This document shows, piece after piece, positions 37,522 through 48,000 of a DNA stretch of 64,000 nt. The stretch comes from Treponemataceae bacterium. GTDB taxonomy: Bacteria > Spirochaetota > Spirochaetia > Treponematales > Rectinemataceae. The notes below the pieces were generated by a model, which saw only the letters and a program-made list of their open reading frames with translations, ran no database searches and was not told where the DNA came from. The stretch is from the NCBI GenBank assembly GCA_963667725.2, contig CAXXHO010000003.1:384001-448000 (forward strand), given 5' to 3'. Every line of letters starts with the position of its first letter. The first letter of the stretch is position 1. A program made the translations under genes and the position numbers.

Positions 37522-39156
37522 ATGGAGCATTTCGGGATACTGGCGCTATTGCCGCCGGTGCTCACTGTCGTCCTGGCGATTTGGTCCAAAGATGTCGTCA
37601 TCAGCCTTTTCCTGGGCATCATATCGGGAACGCTCATCGTGGCGGGGGGCAATCCGTATTTTGCCTTGATAGGACTCACGGATCTGCTTGCCGACATGCT
37701 CGCCGACGGGTGGAATATCCGGATCATACTTTTCTGCGGCCTGCTCGGATCCCTCGTGGGCATGTGGAACAAGACCGGCGCGGCTTTCGCCTTCGGCAGC
37801 TGGGCCGGAAAGAAGCTTAAAACCAGGGTAGGCGTCCTGCTTTTTACCTGGATTTTCGGGATCCTTATTTTCATCGATGACTATTTCAACAGCCTGACGA
37901 TAGGCGCCTGCATGAAACCCGTCTGCGATGAGAAGAAGATTTCGCGGGCGAAGTTGGCGTATATTCTCGATTCGACGGCCGCGCCCGTATGCATTCTCGC
38001 TCCCATTTCTTCCTGGGTTATCACGGTAATGAGCTACACGAAAAGCGCCGAGGGCTTCGACAGGCTAGGAATAAGCGAGTTTGAATACTTCATAAGGACA
38101 ATCCCCTTCAACCTTTACGCGGTCTTCGCGATTCTCATGGTTTTTTTCATAGCATTCAAAGGCCGGGATTTTGGACCTATGGCCAGATCCGAGGCTCGCG
38201 CGGGAAAAGGCATCGCCCTGTTCGATGAAAAGCGTTTCGGGATCGTGGCGGGGAAAATGGATGCCAAGGCGCAGTCTTCCAATGCCGTATGGTTCGATTT
38301 CCTGATCCCGCTGATCGTGCTGGTCATCTCCGCTGTTTTCTTTTTCCCGATGACGACATGGATGGGAGCGGTCGACGGAGAGGCCGTCAAGACCCTCGGC
38401 GCGGCGATGTCCTCCATGTCGCTCGGCGAAGCATTCAACAATACCGACGCCTCAAAAGCCTTGTTCTACTCCATCATGTTCACCATCGTGATCTCCTATG
38501 TCTATTTCCTGGCGCGTCGGCTCCTTACCATCAGTTCAAGTTCCGAAGCGATCATCGAAGGACTTAAATCCATGATTCCGGCTATCCTCATCCTGTCCTT
38601 GGCTTGGTCGATCGGATTCATCATCAAGAAAGCGCCGGAAGACGGCGGCGTAGGGCTTGCCAATTATCTCTCCAAGATCGTCGTCAATGGCGGATTTCCC
38701 CTCTGGCTTCTGCCTGTCGTCGTATTCCTGATTTCCTGCGTCATATCCTTCTCCACAGGCACAAGCTGGGGAACCATGGCGATAATGATACCGATCGCGA
38801 TGCCCATAGCCATCGCGCTCGGCGAAAAAATCGGACTCTCCGGCGAAGCGCTGATCAACAGCACGCTCGTGCCGATCGCAGCCGTGATGGGAGGAGCCGT
38901 GTTCGGCGATCACTGCTCGCCGATCTCCGATACGACCATCCTGTCGTCGACAGGCGCTAACTGTCCGCATCTCGAACATGTGGCGACCCAAATGCCGTAC
39001 GCGATTTTCGTGGCCATCTGCGCGGTTTTCGGTACGCTCGCGGCGGGGATAGCGGGGAGCGCCCTTGTCGGCCTGGCGGTTACCGGAGTCTTCTTCGCCC
39101 TAGGCCTCGGGCTTATGCCAAAAATATGGGGCGTCGAAAAATTCGATCTGGAGTGA
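37522..39156 (+). CDS. NhaC-family Na+/H+ antiporter-like amino acid transporter (probable lysine uptake)
   Basis: FIDDYFN, LAYILDSTAAP, STGTSWGT, GDHCSPISDTT. Confidence 0.8.
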   Translation: MEHFGILALLPPVLTVVLAIWSKDVVISLFLGIISGTLIVAGGNPYFALIGLTDLLADMLADGWNIRIILFCGLLGSLVGMWNKTGAAFAFGSWAGKKLKTRVGVLLFTWIFGILIFIDDYFNSLTIGACMKPVCDEKKISRAKLAYILDSTAAPVCILAPISSWVITVMSYTKSAEGFDRLGISEFEYFIRTIPFNLYAVFAILMVFFIAFKGRDFGPMARSEARAGKGIALFDEKRFGIVAGKMDAKAQSSNAVWFDFLIPLIVLVISAVFFFPMTTWMGAVDGEAVKTLGAAMSSMSLGEAFNNTDASKALFYSIMFTIVISYVYFLARRLLTISSSSEAIIEGLKSMIPAILILSLAWSIGFIIKKAPEDGGVGLANYLSKIVVNGGFPLWLLPVVVFLISCVISFSTGTSWGTMAIMIPIAMPIAIALGEKIGLSGEALINSTLVPIAAVMGGAVFGDHCSPISDTTILSSTGANCPHLEHVATQMPYAIFVAICAVFGTLAAGIAGSALVGLAVTGVFFALGLGLMPKIWGVEKFDLE

Positions 39157-39176
39157 GCAATAATAGGGAGGTAGTG

Positions 39177-39848
39177 ATGATCGAAAAGCCCGTCATCAAC
39201 GCCGATGAAGCGGCCGCTTTGATAAAGGATGGAATGGTCGTGCACATCGGTGGATTCCTCGGCTGCGGATCGCCTGACAAAGTGATCGCCGCCCTGGCTC
39301 GATCGGAGGCGAGGAATCTGACGCTCGTCTGCAACGATACGGCCATCCATGACGAGAAAACGGGCAAGATGACGGGCATGGCCTCCCTCATACCATTAAA
39401 AAAATTCTCCCGGGTGATCGTGTCGCACATCGGCACGAATCCGGATACTCAGCGTATGATGAATTCAGGGGAACTGGAAGTGATCCTCGTGCCGCAGGGG
39501 ACGTTGGCCGAAAGAGTAAGGGCGGCTGGCTATGGCCTCGGCGGGATTCTCACGCCGACTGGCGTCGGAACCGAGGTAGAATCAGGGAAGCGAAAGATCA
39601 TCGTCGGCGGCAAAGTGTTTCTGCTCGAACTGCCCCTCGGGGGCGATATAGCCCTCATCAAGGCGAAAAAGGCGGACAAGGCAGGCAATCTCGTCTATTC
39701 GAAGACGGCGCGGAACTTCAACCCGCTCATGGCCATGGCCTGCGGAATCGTCGTAGCCGAAGTCGAGGAGATCGTGGAAATCGGCGAAATAGATCCCGAG
39801 AATGTCCAGACTCCATCCATCATGGTTCACTATCTCGTCAAGGCTTGA
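39177..39848 (+). CDS. atoD: Acetoacetate/3-oxoacid CoA-transferase subunit A
   Basis: IGGFLG, SHIG, PQGTLAERVRA, TPTGVGT, ARNFNP. Confidence 0.85.
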   Translation: MIEKPVINADEAAALIKDGMVVHIGGFLGCGSPDKVIAALARSEARNLTLVCNDTAIHDEKTGKMTGMASLIPLKKFSRVIVSHIGTNPDTQRMMNSGELEVILVPQGTLAERVRAAGYGLGGILTPTGVGTEVESGKRKIIVGGKVFLLELPLGGDIALIKAKKADKAGNLVYSKTARNFNPLMAMACGIVVAEVEEIVEIGEIDPENVQTPSIMVHYLVKA

Positions 39849-39864
39849 GGAGGGGCAGGGTACG

Positions 39865-40548
39865 ATGGAGTACATCGAGAACAAAGAAGCGATCGCCAAG
39901 CGAATAGCCAGATTTTTCACGAGCGGCGACGTGGTGAATCTCGGAATAGGATTGCCTACCCTTGTGGCTAACTACCTGCCCGACGATGTCACGCTCATTC
40001 TGCAGTCGGAAAATGGGATGCTCGGACTTGGACCGGCTCCGGCTCCCGGGCAGGCCGACAAGGATCTCACGAACGCCAGCTCGATGCCGGTGACCATGCT
40101 GCCAGGAGGCTGTTTTTTCGACTCGGCCATGAGTTTCGGCATCATTAGGGGCGGTCACGTGGATTTTACGGTGCTGGGCGTCCTGGAAGTGGATCAGGAA
40201 GGCAATCTGGCGAACTATAAGATTCCCGGGAAAATCGTTCCGGGCATGGGCGGCGCCATGGATCTCGTCGTGGGCTCGAAAAAAGTAATCGCCGCGACGA
40301 CGCATTTTGAAAAGTCGGGCGCCGCCAAGCTTAAAAGGCTTTGCAGTCTTCCTTTGACGGCGACCCATGAAGTGGACTATGTCGTCACCGATCTCGGATT
40401 CTTCGAAGTGAGGGAAGGAAAATTCCTGCTATGGGAATGTTTTCCGCCCTACACTCCGGAATTCGTGATTTCGAGCACCGATGCCGATATCGTCCTTGCG
40501 GATGATATCATTCGGTCCAAAGCTCCACGAGATGAATCAGAGTCTTGA
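39865..40548 (+). CDS. atoA: Acetoacetate/3-oxoacid CoA-transferase subunit B
   Basis: VNLGIGLP, QSENG catalytic Glu, RGGHVD, GMGGAMDLV. Confidence 0.85.
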   Translation: MEYIENKEAIAKRIARFFTSGDVVNLGIGLPTLVANYLPDDVTLILQSENGMLGLGPAPAPGQADKDLTNASSMPVTMLPGGCFFDSAMSFGIIRGGHVDFTVLGVLEVDQEGNLANYKIPGKIVPGMGGAMDLVVGSKKVIAATTHFEKSGAAKLKRLCSLPLTATHEVDYVVTDLGFFEVREGKFLLWECFPPYTPEFVISSTDADIVLADDIIRSKAPRDESES

Positions 40549-41764
40549 CGGCTAGCGACATTTCGCCCGCTGATGCCCATTCATGCCGCGAATGGTAATT
40601 GTAGCCCCCCGTGAAAATGTTGGGCGTGGGTATGCCCATCTCGGTGAGGCGGGAGCCGTCGGTGCCGCCTCTGATCGGGACTATTTTAGGTTCGGCGCCG
40701 GCCCGCTTGATCGCTTCTTTCAGCTTTTCCAGCACGGAAGGGTTCTGGTCGAGCTTTTCCTTCATGTTGAGATACTGTTTCTTTACGGTGAGTTCTACCT
40801 TTCCGAGCGGAAACTGGGCTTCCACGGCTGAAGCGAAAGCTTTCATGGCCTCGATTCGCTTTTCCATGCCTTCGGAGGTGAAATCGCGCAGATAGATGTC
40901 GACGGCCGTTTTCTCCATCGATCCTGAGATTTCTATGGGGCAGTAATAGCCGAACCAGTTGTCGGTAGCCTCGGGACTTTCGGAACGAGGAAGCATGGCG
41001 ACGAACTGGCAGGCCATAACTACGGCGTTCGCGAATTTGCCGCGCGCGGCGCCGATATGGATTACCTTGCCGATGAATTCGGCGCGGACACTATAGGCGG
41101 TGAAGCACTCGGCTTCTATTTCGGCCGAGGCTCCGCCGTCGAGCGTATAGCAGGCTATGGATTTGACTTTCTTCAAAGGGAAGAGGTTCATTCCCTTCCC
41201 CGTTTCCTCATCGGGCGTGAAGAAAATCTCCAGCGGGCTATGTTTTACCTCGGGATGGGCGGCGAGCCATTCGATGGTCGTCATGATTTCGGCGATGCCC
41301 GCCTTGTCGTCCGCGCCCAGAAGGGTCCTGCCGTCGGTGGTGATGATCGTATCGCCCACGTGGTCGAGCAGACATGGGTCGTCGACCGTGGTGAGCGTAT
41401 CCTCGGGGGAAAGCACGATCGCTTTTCCGTCATAATTTCGAATCAGATTGGGCGACACATTGGAGCCTGGTACGTCGCTGGCCGTGTCCATATGAGCCAT
41501 GAGGCCAATAACGGGCTTGCTTTCCATTCCCGCGGAAGCGGGGACCCTCGCTATCAGGTAGCAGTGGTCATCGAGCGAGACATCGGTCAATCCTAATTCC
41601 TTCAATTCCCGTTCCAGTAGTTTTGCCAGGCTCCATTGGGTTTTCGTGGATGGAATATCCTCGATGTGCCGATCGCTCTGGGTATCGATTTTCGCGTAGC
41701 GTATGAGTCGATCGATCATGGCGGCGGCGTAAGGTTGGTCTAGAAAATGTTTGTAGTCTTTCAT
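40508..41764 (-). CDS. pepT: Peptidase T (M20B tripeptide aminopeptidase)
   Basis: AHMDTA, TLLGADDKAG, FTPDEE, IRGGTDG, PTPNIFTGG..H. Confidence 0.9.
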   Translation of the reverse strand: MKDYKHFLDQPYAAAMIDRLIRYAKIDTQSDRHIEDIPSTKTQWSLAKLLERELKELGLTDVSLDDHCYLIARVPASAGMESKPVIGLMAHMDTASDVPGSNVSPNLIRNYDGKAIVLSPEDTLTTVDDPCLLDHVGDTIITTDGRTLLGADDKAGIAEIMTTIEWLAAHPEVKHSPLEIFFTPDEETGKGMNLFPLKKVKSIACYTLDGGASAEIEAECFTAYSVRAEFIGKVIHIGAARGKFANAVVMACQFVAMLPRSESPEATDNWFGYYCPIEISGSMEKTAVDIYLRDFTSEGMEKRIEAMKAFASAVEAQFPLGKVELTVKKQYLNMKEKLDQNPSVLEKLKEAIKRAGAEPKIVPIRGGTDGSRLTEMGIPTPNIFTGGYNYHSRHEWASAGEMSLAVKTLIHLVELWTE

Positions 41765-41913
41765 GGTGAGGAATTATGCCCGGAAAACGCGGCCAAAGCA
41801 ACTGCCGGAAGTCCTTCCGGTACCTTTTGGCGCGGGGGAGAAACGGCGCGAGGCCGGCATGAAAAGCGGCGCATCACTTGCTCTTTTTAACCGGCTTTCT
41901 TATCATTGATCCA

Positions 41914-42870
41914 ATGAACGAAGTAAGCTCCATACCTCTCTATCCGGAATTCGCCCCGATCGCGCTTCCGATGATCGATCAAATGCATCCATCCCTCAAT
42001 CTGCTTAAGGACGGGATATCTGAATTCACTTTCTCGAACCTTTATCTATTCAGACATACCTACGACTACAGAGTGGCGAGGCTTCCCGGGGAAGGTGTCG
42101 TCATAAAAGGGACAAAGGAAGGAAAGACCTTTTTCTACCTCCCCTGCTGCATGTCGGATAAACAGATTTTCGATGAGCTGATGCTTAGCCATGATTACAT
42201 GAAGAATCTTTCCGATTCGCAGGCCGCCTTGCATCGCATAGAGCTTGAGGCAAGAGGCTATATAGTCCAGGAAGACAGGGATAATTTTGACTATCTCTAT
42301 TTCAGGAAAGACCTTGCCGAGCTTTCAGGACGCGAGTATCACAAGAAGAGAAACCTCGTGAACGGTTTCATAAGCTCCTATGAATGCGAACAGAAGCCCC
42401 TGAAAAAGGATAACGTATGCGACGCCATCGCCGTGCTCGATGAATGGAGGGCGGCCAAAGGCGTCGACGGGGATTATCGGGCGGCCCGCGAAGGCCTCGA
42501 GCTTTTTGAGGAATTGGGCATGAGGGGAGCTGTTTATTACATTCAGAATGAACCGGTCGGCTGGTGTCTCGGCGAGCCACTCTCCAAGGGAACGATGTTC
42601 GCCGTGCATTTCGAAAAGGCGAGCGAACGTTTCAAGGGCATCTATCAATTCATCAACCAGGCCTTCGCGCAGTCTTTGCCGGCATATTTCAAGCTGATCA
42701 ATCGCGAGCAGGATCTGGGCAACGAGGGACTGAGACAGGCCAAGATGACCTACAGACCCTGCGGTTTCGTGAGCAAATATCGGATCATCCATCCAGATAA
42801 AGTGGAGTTCAAGCCTCTGGACGTGGCTGAACCGGCTGAGTGCGGGCCGGGAACGATACATGCCGGCTGA
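41914..42870 (+). CDS. DUF2156 / aminoacyl-PG-synthase C-terminal-like (Fem/GNAT-fold) protein
   Basis: ISEFTFSNLY, DRDNFDYLY, LSGREYHKKRN, VHFEKA, INREQDLG..GLRQAKMTYRP. Confidence 0.75.
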   Translation: MNEVSSIPLYPEFAPIALPMIDQMHPSLNLLKDGISEFTFSNLYLFRHTYDYRVARLPGEGVVIKGTKEGKTFFYLPCCMSDKQIFDELMLSHDYMKNLSDSQAALHRIELEARGYIVQEDRDNFDYLYFRKDLAELSGREYHKKRNLVNGFISSYECEQKPLKKDNVCDAIAVLDEWRAAKGVDGDYRAAREGLELFEELGMRGAVYYIQNEPVGWCLGEPLSKGTMFAVHFEKASERFKGIYQFINQAFAQSLPAYFKLINREQDLGNEGLRQAKMTYRPCGFVSKYRIIHPDKVEFKPLDVAEPAECGPGTIHAG

Positions 42871-43924
42871 TCTACTTTCCCTCGTCGGAACCGGTCATGA
42901 AGCCGCTTTAGAAAAACGGGAAGCCCTCACGCGAGAACTTCTCGCCTCGGCGCCTTTTGGGCTTGAGAAGAAAACCTGCTGCCTTACGCTTTTGGCGGGA
43001 GCCGGGACTCGTTGGGTGAAAAGCCTCTCCCTGGCCAAGGCCGGGCTGGGCGGGAAGTTGTGCGACACCGATGCCGACCAGACGGTCCGATTCCCTCTGG
43101 ATGCTCCCCGCGGTCTTTTTCCCGTACGCAACTTCATATCGGCCGAACCTTCGAGAATACCCATGGCGGCCTACGCCCTCGATGCGGTGAAAGGACTGGG
43201 CCGCCACGTCATCGTCATAAGGGGCTGGGAAGCGGAAATACGCTCAGGTATCATAGACGCGCTCGGCATCGACGGCGAATCGGTGAAATTCTGCACGCAG
43301 AAGGAAGGACCTTCGGGGAAAGTGCTGGGCCATGGCGACGCGGCCAGGCAGTCCAGGGAACTGTGGCGGGATTCCTCTTATGTCATCGCCAATTTCGGAG
43401 GCGACGCGAATTCGCCGCTGACGGTGGCCGCGAGCCTTCTCGCGATGGCCCGGCTGGATGAGCTCGGCGAGAACGTAGGCCTCCTGCTTCCCGTGGCGAA
43501 GATAAAAAATCCAGCCTATCGGGTAATACTCGATGAGAGAGGTCTCCCGCGGGCTTTTGAACACAATAAACTTGGCGGGATGACAGCCGGGAGGCTGCCT
43601 CCGTCCGAAGGTTATACGAACGTGGGAATACGCGTCTACAGGACGGAAGCTTTATCGGCCGCGGTGGATGAGATCGAAAGCTCCTATTGGCGGAAAGAAT
43701 ACGGCTATTTGATTCCGGGCAACGATCCCGAAGCCCATGAATTCGCCCTGGACAATGTCGACGCTCTATTGGCTCGACGGGGCGAGGCGAGAATCCTGGC
43801 CATCGCGAAGGCCGAGGAATTGACGCCCGCTAAAAGTTTCGATGAGATCGCGAATTTTGAAGATGCCGCGAAAGGCGTCAGAGCCGAATGGACGAAATTC
43901 CTATCAGCCGCCGATTCCCAATAA
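42860..43924 (+). CDS. Putative nucleotidyltransferase (GT-A fold, divergent)
   Basis: LLAGAGTRW, PRGLFPV, GHGDA, NFGGD, TNVGIRVY resemble sugar-nucleotide pyrophosphorylase motifs. Confidence 0.5.
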   Translation: MPADLLSLVGTGHEAALEKREALTRELLASAPFGLEKKTCCLTLLAGAGTRWVKSLSLAKAGLGGKLCDTDADQTVRFPLDAPRGLFPVRNFISAEPSRIPMAAYALDAVKGLGRHVIVIRGWEAEIRSGIIDALGIDGESVKFCTQKEGPSGKVLGHGDAARQSRELWRDSSYVIANFGGDANSPLTVAASLLAMARLDELGENVGLLLPVAKIKNPAYRVILDERGLPRAFEHNKLGGMTAGRLPPSEGYTNVGIRVYRTEALSAAVDEIESSYWRKEYGYLIPGNDPEAHEFALDNVDALLARRGEARILAIAKAEELTPAKSFDEIANFEDAAKGVRAEWTKFLSAADSQ

Positions 43925-44440
43925 TCTTCTGACAGCGGGGCCTGCGAGCGCGTTGAACAGCCCCGAACCGAGTATTGCCCAAAGCGCGTTTATTTTCGTG
44001 AAAGCGGCGATGGCGAATGCCCCGAGCCCGAGAGCGAGAAGAACCGGATCGGCGGAAGAAGGCTTCAGCGCCCATAGCGTCATGATCATCATGGCTGTGC
44101 TGCCGGTCCTCAGCGATTCGTTGATGGCAAGCTTGTCCAGCTTCACCCGCCGCGCGAGAAGTGTGGTGGTCACGATGGCCATGACCGGAAAAGCCACGAC
44201 GGCGAGCGTTCCCGCCAACGCGGAGAAGAATCCGCCGTGTTCCCAGCCTATCATCGTGGCCGCGTTGAGAGCGATCGGGCCAGGCGTCGACTGGGCGATG
44301 GCGATGAGGGAGCGGAAATCGGTTTCGCTCAACCAATTAGGGACTACTTCGTTTTTAATGATGCCGACGGTCGACCAACCGCCGCCGAAAGAGATGATGC
44401 CGACCTTGAAGAAAGTCCAGATTATTTCGAGCGTTTGCAT
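43904..44440 (-). CDS. Short-chain chromate transporter (CHR) subunit
   Basis: FFKVGIISFGGG, AQSTPGP. Confidence 0.85.
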   Translation of the reverse strand: MQTLEIIWTFFKVGIISFGGGWSTVGIIKNEVVPNWLSETDFRSLIAIAQSTPGPIALNAATMIGWEHGGFFSALAGTLAVVAFPVMAIVTTTLLARRVKLDKLAINESLRTGSTAMMIMTLWALKPSSADPVLLALGLGAFAIAAFTKINALWAILGSGLFNALAGPAVRRLLGIGG

Positions 44441-45015
44441 GGTCCCTCGATGCAGTAAAGCATGGCTATGGCAGCCAGCAGAATGGGAAGGCTGTATGCT
44501 GGCAGGAAGACGAGCACAAAGGCGAGCGCGATGGTCTCGACGATCCTGAGTACCGTCCAGGCCCTTTTGGTGGCTGTTTTATAGATCATCGCGGCGACGA
44601 GGCCGGGAACGACAGCGCCGGCTCCTTCGAGAAAGCGCTGGACGGCGGGAAGCGAACCTATCTTGGCCAGCGCGCCGCTCACGAGAATCAGGGCGAGGAA
44701 GGGCGGAAGCACCACGCCGAAAAAAGCGGCGACGGCGCCTTTCCATCCGCAGAGCCGGAGGGAGACGAGAAGGGCGGAGCTTAGCGCGAGCGGTCCGGGA
44801 AAGGCTTGGGCGCGCGCGAATATGTCGTAGAAATCCTTTTCGGCCATCCATCCTTTTTTCTCAAGGCTGGTCGCCATGACGGGCACGATTACATATCCGC
44901 CGCCCAGGGTGACTGAGTTTATTTTCGCCAGAAGCCAGAATAAACCGGCTGGCGTCGGATCCTTTGGCTTTTCGAGAAGAGGTTCATCGTTCGTGACAGG
45001 TGTTTTCGTCTTCAT
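44422..45015 (-). CDS. Short-chain chromate transporter (CHR) subunit
   Basis: TLGGGY, AQAFPGP, VVLPPF; TATACT -10 box at 45032-45037. Confidence 0.85.
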   Translation of the reverse strand: MKTKTPVTNDEPLLEKPKDPTPAGLFWLLAKINSVTLGGGYVIVPVMATSLEKKGWMAEKDFYDIFARAQAFPGPLALSSALLVSLRLCGWKGAVAAFFGVVLPPFLALILVSGALAKIGSLPAVQRFLEGAGAVVPGLVAAMIYKTATKRAWTVLRIVETIALAFVLVFLPAYSLPILLAAIAMLYCIEGPCKRSK

Positions 45016-45042
45016 TGGAAATCCTTGGCGCAGTATAGCGGT

Positions 45043-48000
45043 TCATGCATGTTCCTGTCCAATGCCCAAGGAGGCCTGATGGGCGAGATGGAGCAGATCT
45101 TCGTCGGAAATGGCCGAGTCCATCCAGGTGAGGCTGGAACTTCTTAGCCAGTAGAGACCGATCCTTGTTTTTTTGCCGGGAATTATGTTTTCCGCAGCTC
45201 TCCTGTAAATATCCAGCTGGACCGCGTGGCGGGAAGGAGCCTCTTCGGAATCCGATTTAAAATCGATGACGGTGACCTCGTCCCCTGTTTCGATCAGGAG
45301 ATCCATCCGGCCTTCGACGATAAAGTCGCCCAATTTGAGCAGGAAGGGTTTTTCGCTCGTCATCTCGGCGCCGGCGGGCAGGGATTTCCAGAAATCGCTG
45401 GACAGGAAATCGACCGCCATGGATGTCGCAAGTTCGGTGGCCCTGGCGATATCAGAGGGCGAGAGGTCGCGAACGAGGTCTTTGGATGGCGCAAAGCCCG
45501 AAACCGTACCGGTTTTTATAGCCTGTTCCACGGCATCGTGACAGAGCGTGCCGAATATTTTAGGCGGAAGGGGCGATTGATCGCCGGGGGCGGCGAGGGC
45601 TGTGGCGGGAGCGTGAGCGTAGGCGGGCGCGGGTATGCCCGCGGGTTGGGACGTCCTTATTTCGCGCTGGGGGCGCTCGAGCTCGGTGGCTTTGAGATGG
45701 CGGCGGGAGAAACTCTTGCCAAGAATTTTCGCCTCACAATAGGCTTGGGCGAAGTCGCTCAACGACGGCTTCACTCGTCCCTTGTACCAATGGCGCACAT
45801 CGTCGACTGTCCTCGGCGCGAGAAGGATCTTTTTCAGCCGCGCGGATGCCTGCGCTTCAATAGCCGTCCCGGACCTGTCTTGATCCCGGCTATCCCGCAT
45901 CGCGCAGTAGTTTTCCAGATAGTAGAGGAAAGAATTGCCTGCCGTATCGCCGCGTTTCTGCCGCTTCCCGAAGAAGAAAAGGTGATCCTCGGCTCTCGTA
46001 CAGGCGACGTAGAGAAGACGTTTTATTTCGGCGACGCTCATGTCGTTCTCCAGATTTTTGGCGAGCCTGAAGAAGATATTGTTCGCCTTCGCGCCGGGTT
46101 TATCGTAGGGCTTTATATCCAGGGCGAGCCCCTCGGGCAGCATTTCCCAAATCGCCTGGCCGCGTTTTGTCGATCCGGAGTTTTCCGCCCATGGCAGGAT
46201 GACGACGGGGAACTGCAGCCCCTTCGATTTGTGGATGGTTAGTATTTTCACGCCGGAAGCATTGCTTCTCGGGACGTTCTCGATATCGAACTTGTCCGTC
46301 TCGCCTTCGATATAGGGGCGAAGCTTCGCGAGAAAATCGGCGATGCCTCCATGCTCGCGGTCTATGCCGGCCGCCATGTGAAAGAGGTAATCGAAATGCT
46401 CCAGGAAGGGATGGGATTCGGGACGGGAAAGAATGGCCAGTCTGAGGCCGCCGCGGTTCCATACGTACTCCACGATATCCGAGACGGGATTCGAGACGAT
46501 CGATGTCCTGAACTCCGCGAAGAAGGCTTTGGCTCTGTCGAGCATCGCGGAATCGTGGTCGGAAGAGGCTTCCAGCTCGAAAGCCGCGCCCGCCGATGTC
46601 ATGAGTTCCAGGAAGGCTTGATCCGACACTCCGCAGAGCGGCGATCGAAGCACGGCCGCGTAGGCCGCATTGTCTCCCGGGTCCAGGGCATAGCTGAGAA
46701 TGCTGTAGATATCGTTCGCGGGAGATTCCCTGAACAGACTGCGGGGACTCTCGGAATCGAAGGGAATGTCGAGGAGGCGCAGATATTTTTCGAGCCTATG
46801 CTGATTGGTCGTGGTTCTGAGAAGGACGGCGAAATCGCCGTAGTCGGCCATCCTGGCCTCATCCTCCGATGCGGAATCTTTCGCCGGTCTGAGTTCCATA
46901 GTGCCGCGCGATCGCTTTATGAATTGAGCGATTTCGAAGGCTAGACTGTCGTCGGCGCCCAAGGGTTCCGAGCCAGATCTTCCCTCGATCGGATCGTCGG
47001 AAGGGTCCTGCGTTTCCTCGCTAGTCTCCTTATCTTCCTCGGCAGCGGGCAAAAGAAAATACTCGATTCTCGCGCCGGAAGAATCGGCTTGGGCCTGGGG
47101 CTTGGTCTGGGGACGGCCGGGCTCCATGTTCGCATAACGCGCGTGGAAATCATTCGGGCTTCGCTGCGTCTCATCGCTCTTCGACATATCGTCCTTCGAG
47201 CCTTCGGACATCACGAAAGCGAAGAAATCGTTGAAAAAACCGATGAGGGGAGGGGAACTCCGGTAATTGGCAGATAAGACGATATCGCCGGACAAGTCTT
47301 CCGACAATTCCCTGGAAAGACGCTTGAAGACGGCGACGTCAGCGCCCCTGAAGCGATATATGGACTGTTTCTCGTCACCGACGAAGAAGAGCTTGCCCGG
47401 TTCGAGTTCCTCTGGGCTGGGAATTCCATCTGAAGCGTTTTCTCGTTTTTCGGCGAGCAGATAGAGGAGGTTTTTCTGAAGCTCGTTGTTGTCCTGGAAC
47501 TCATCGATCATGATGCTTTCGATGGCGCCCTTCCAGTATGCCCTTATGTCCTTGCGGCGCTTCAATGCATGGACGGCGCAGGCGCCGAGATCCTTGAAAT
47601 CCATGAGGTCAGCCAGACGTTTCGCCTCGGCGACTTCCGAGGCGAATTCGTCCAGCCTGTCGAAAAGCGAGCAGTGGGAGGGGAATGCCGTCTGGTATTC
47701 GGCGAAATCCAGAAGGTTGCGCGCTTCTTCCCTGGCTTCCTTCGCGATGGCCTTGATGGATTGCTCGGCTTCGCTTCTGCCGTATGATCGCATCGCGAGT
47801 TCGGTGAAGGCGTCGAAATGCCGTGAAAAGAACGATAGGGCAGGTGCTGTGGACGGGCTGCGGCCTATGGCTTCGATAAAGGCCAACGAACAGGCAACGG
47901 CCGAGGCGCAGTCAGCCCTGGGGGCTGGGGCGCCGGTTGAGAGGGCGACGATATCTTTGGCCATGGCGGCGAGGCGTTTGAATGCAGCGTCCGCCTTTTC

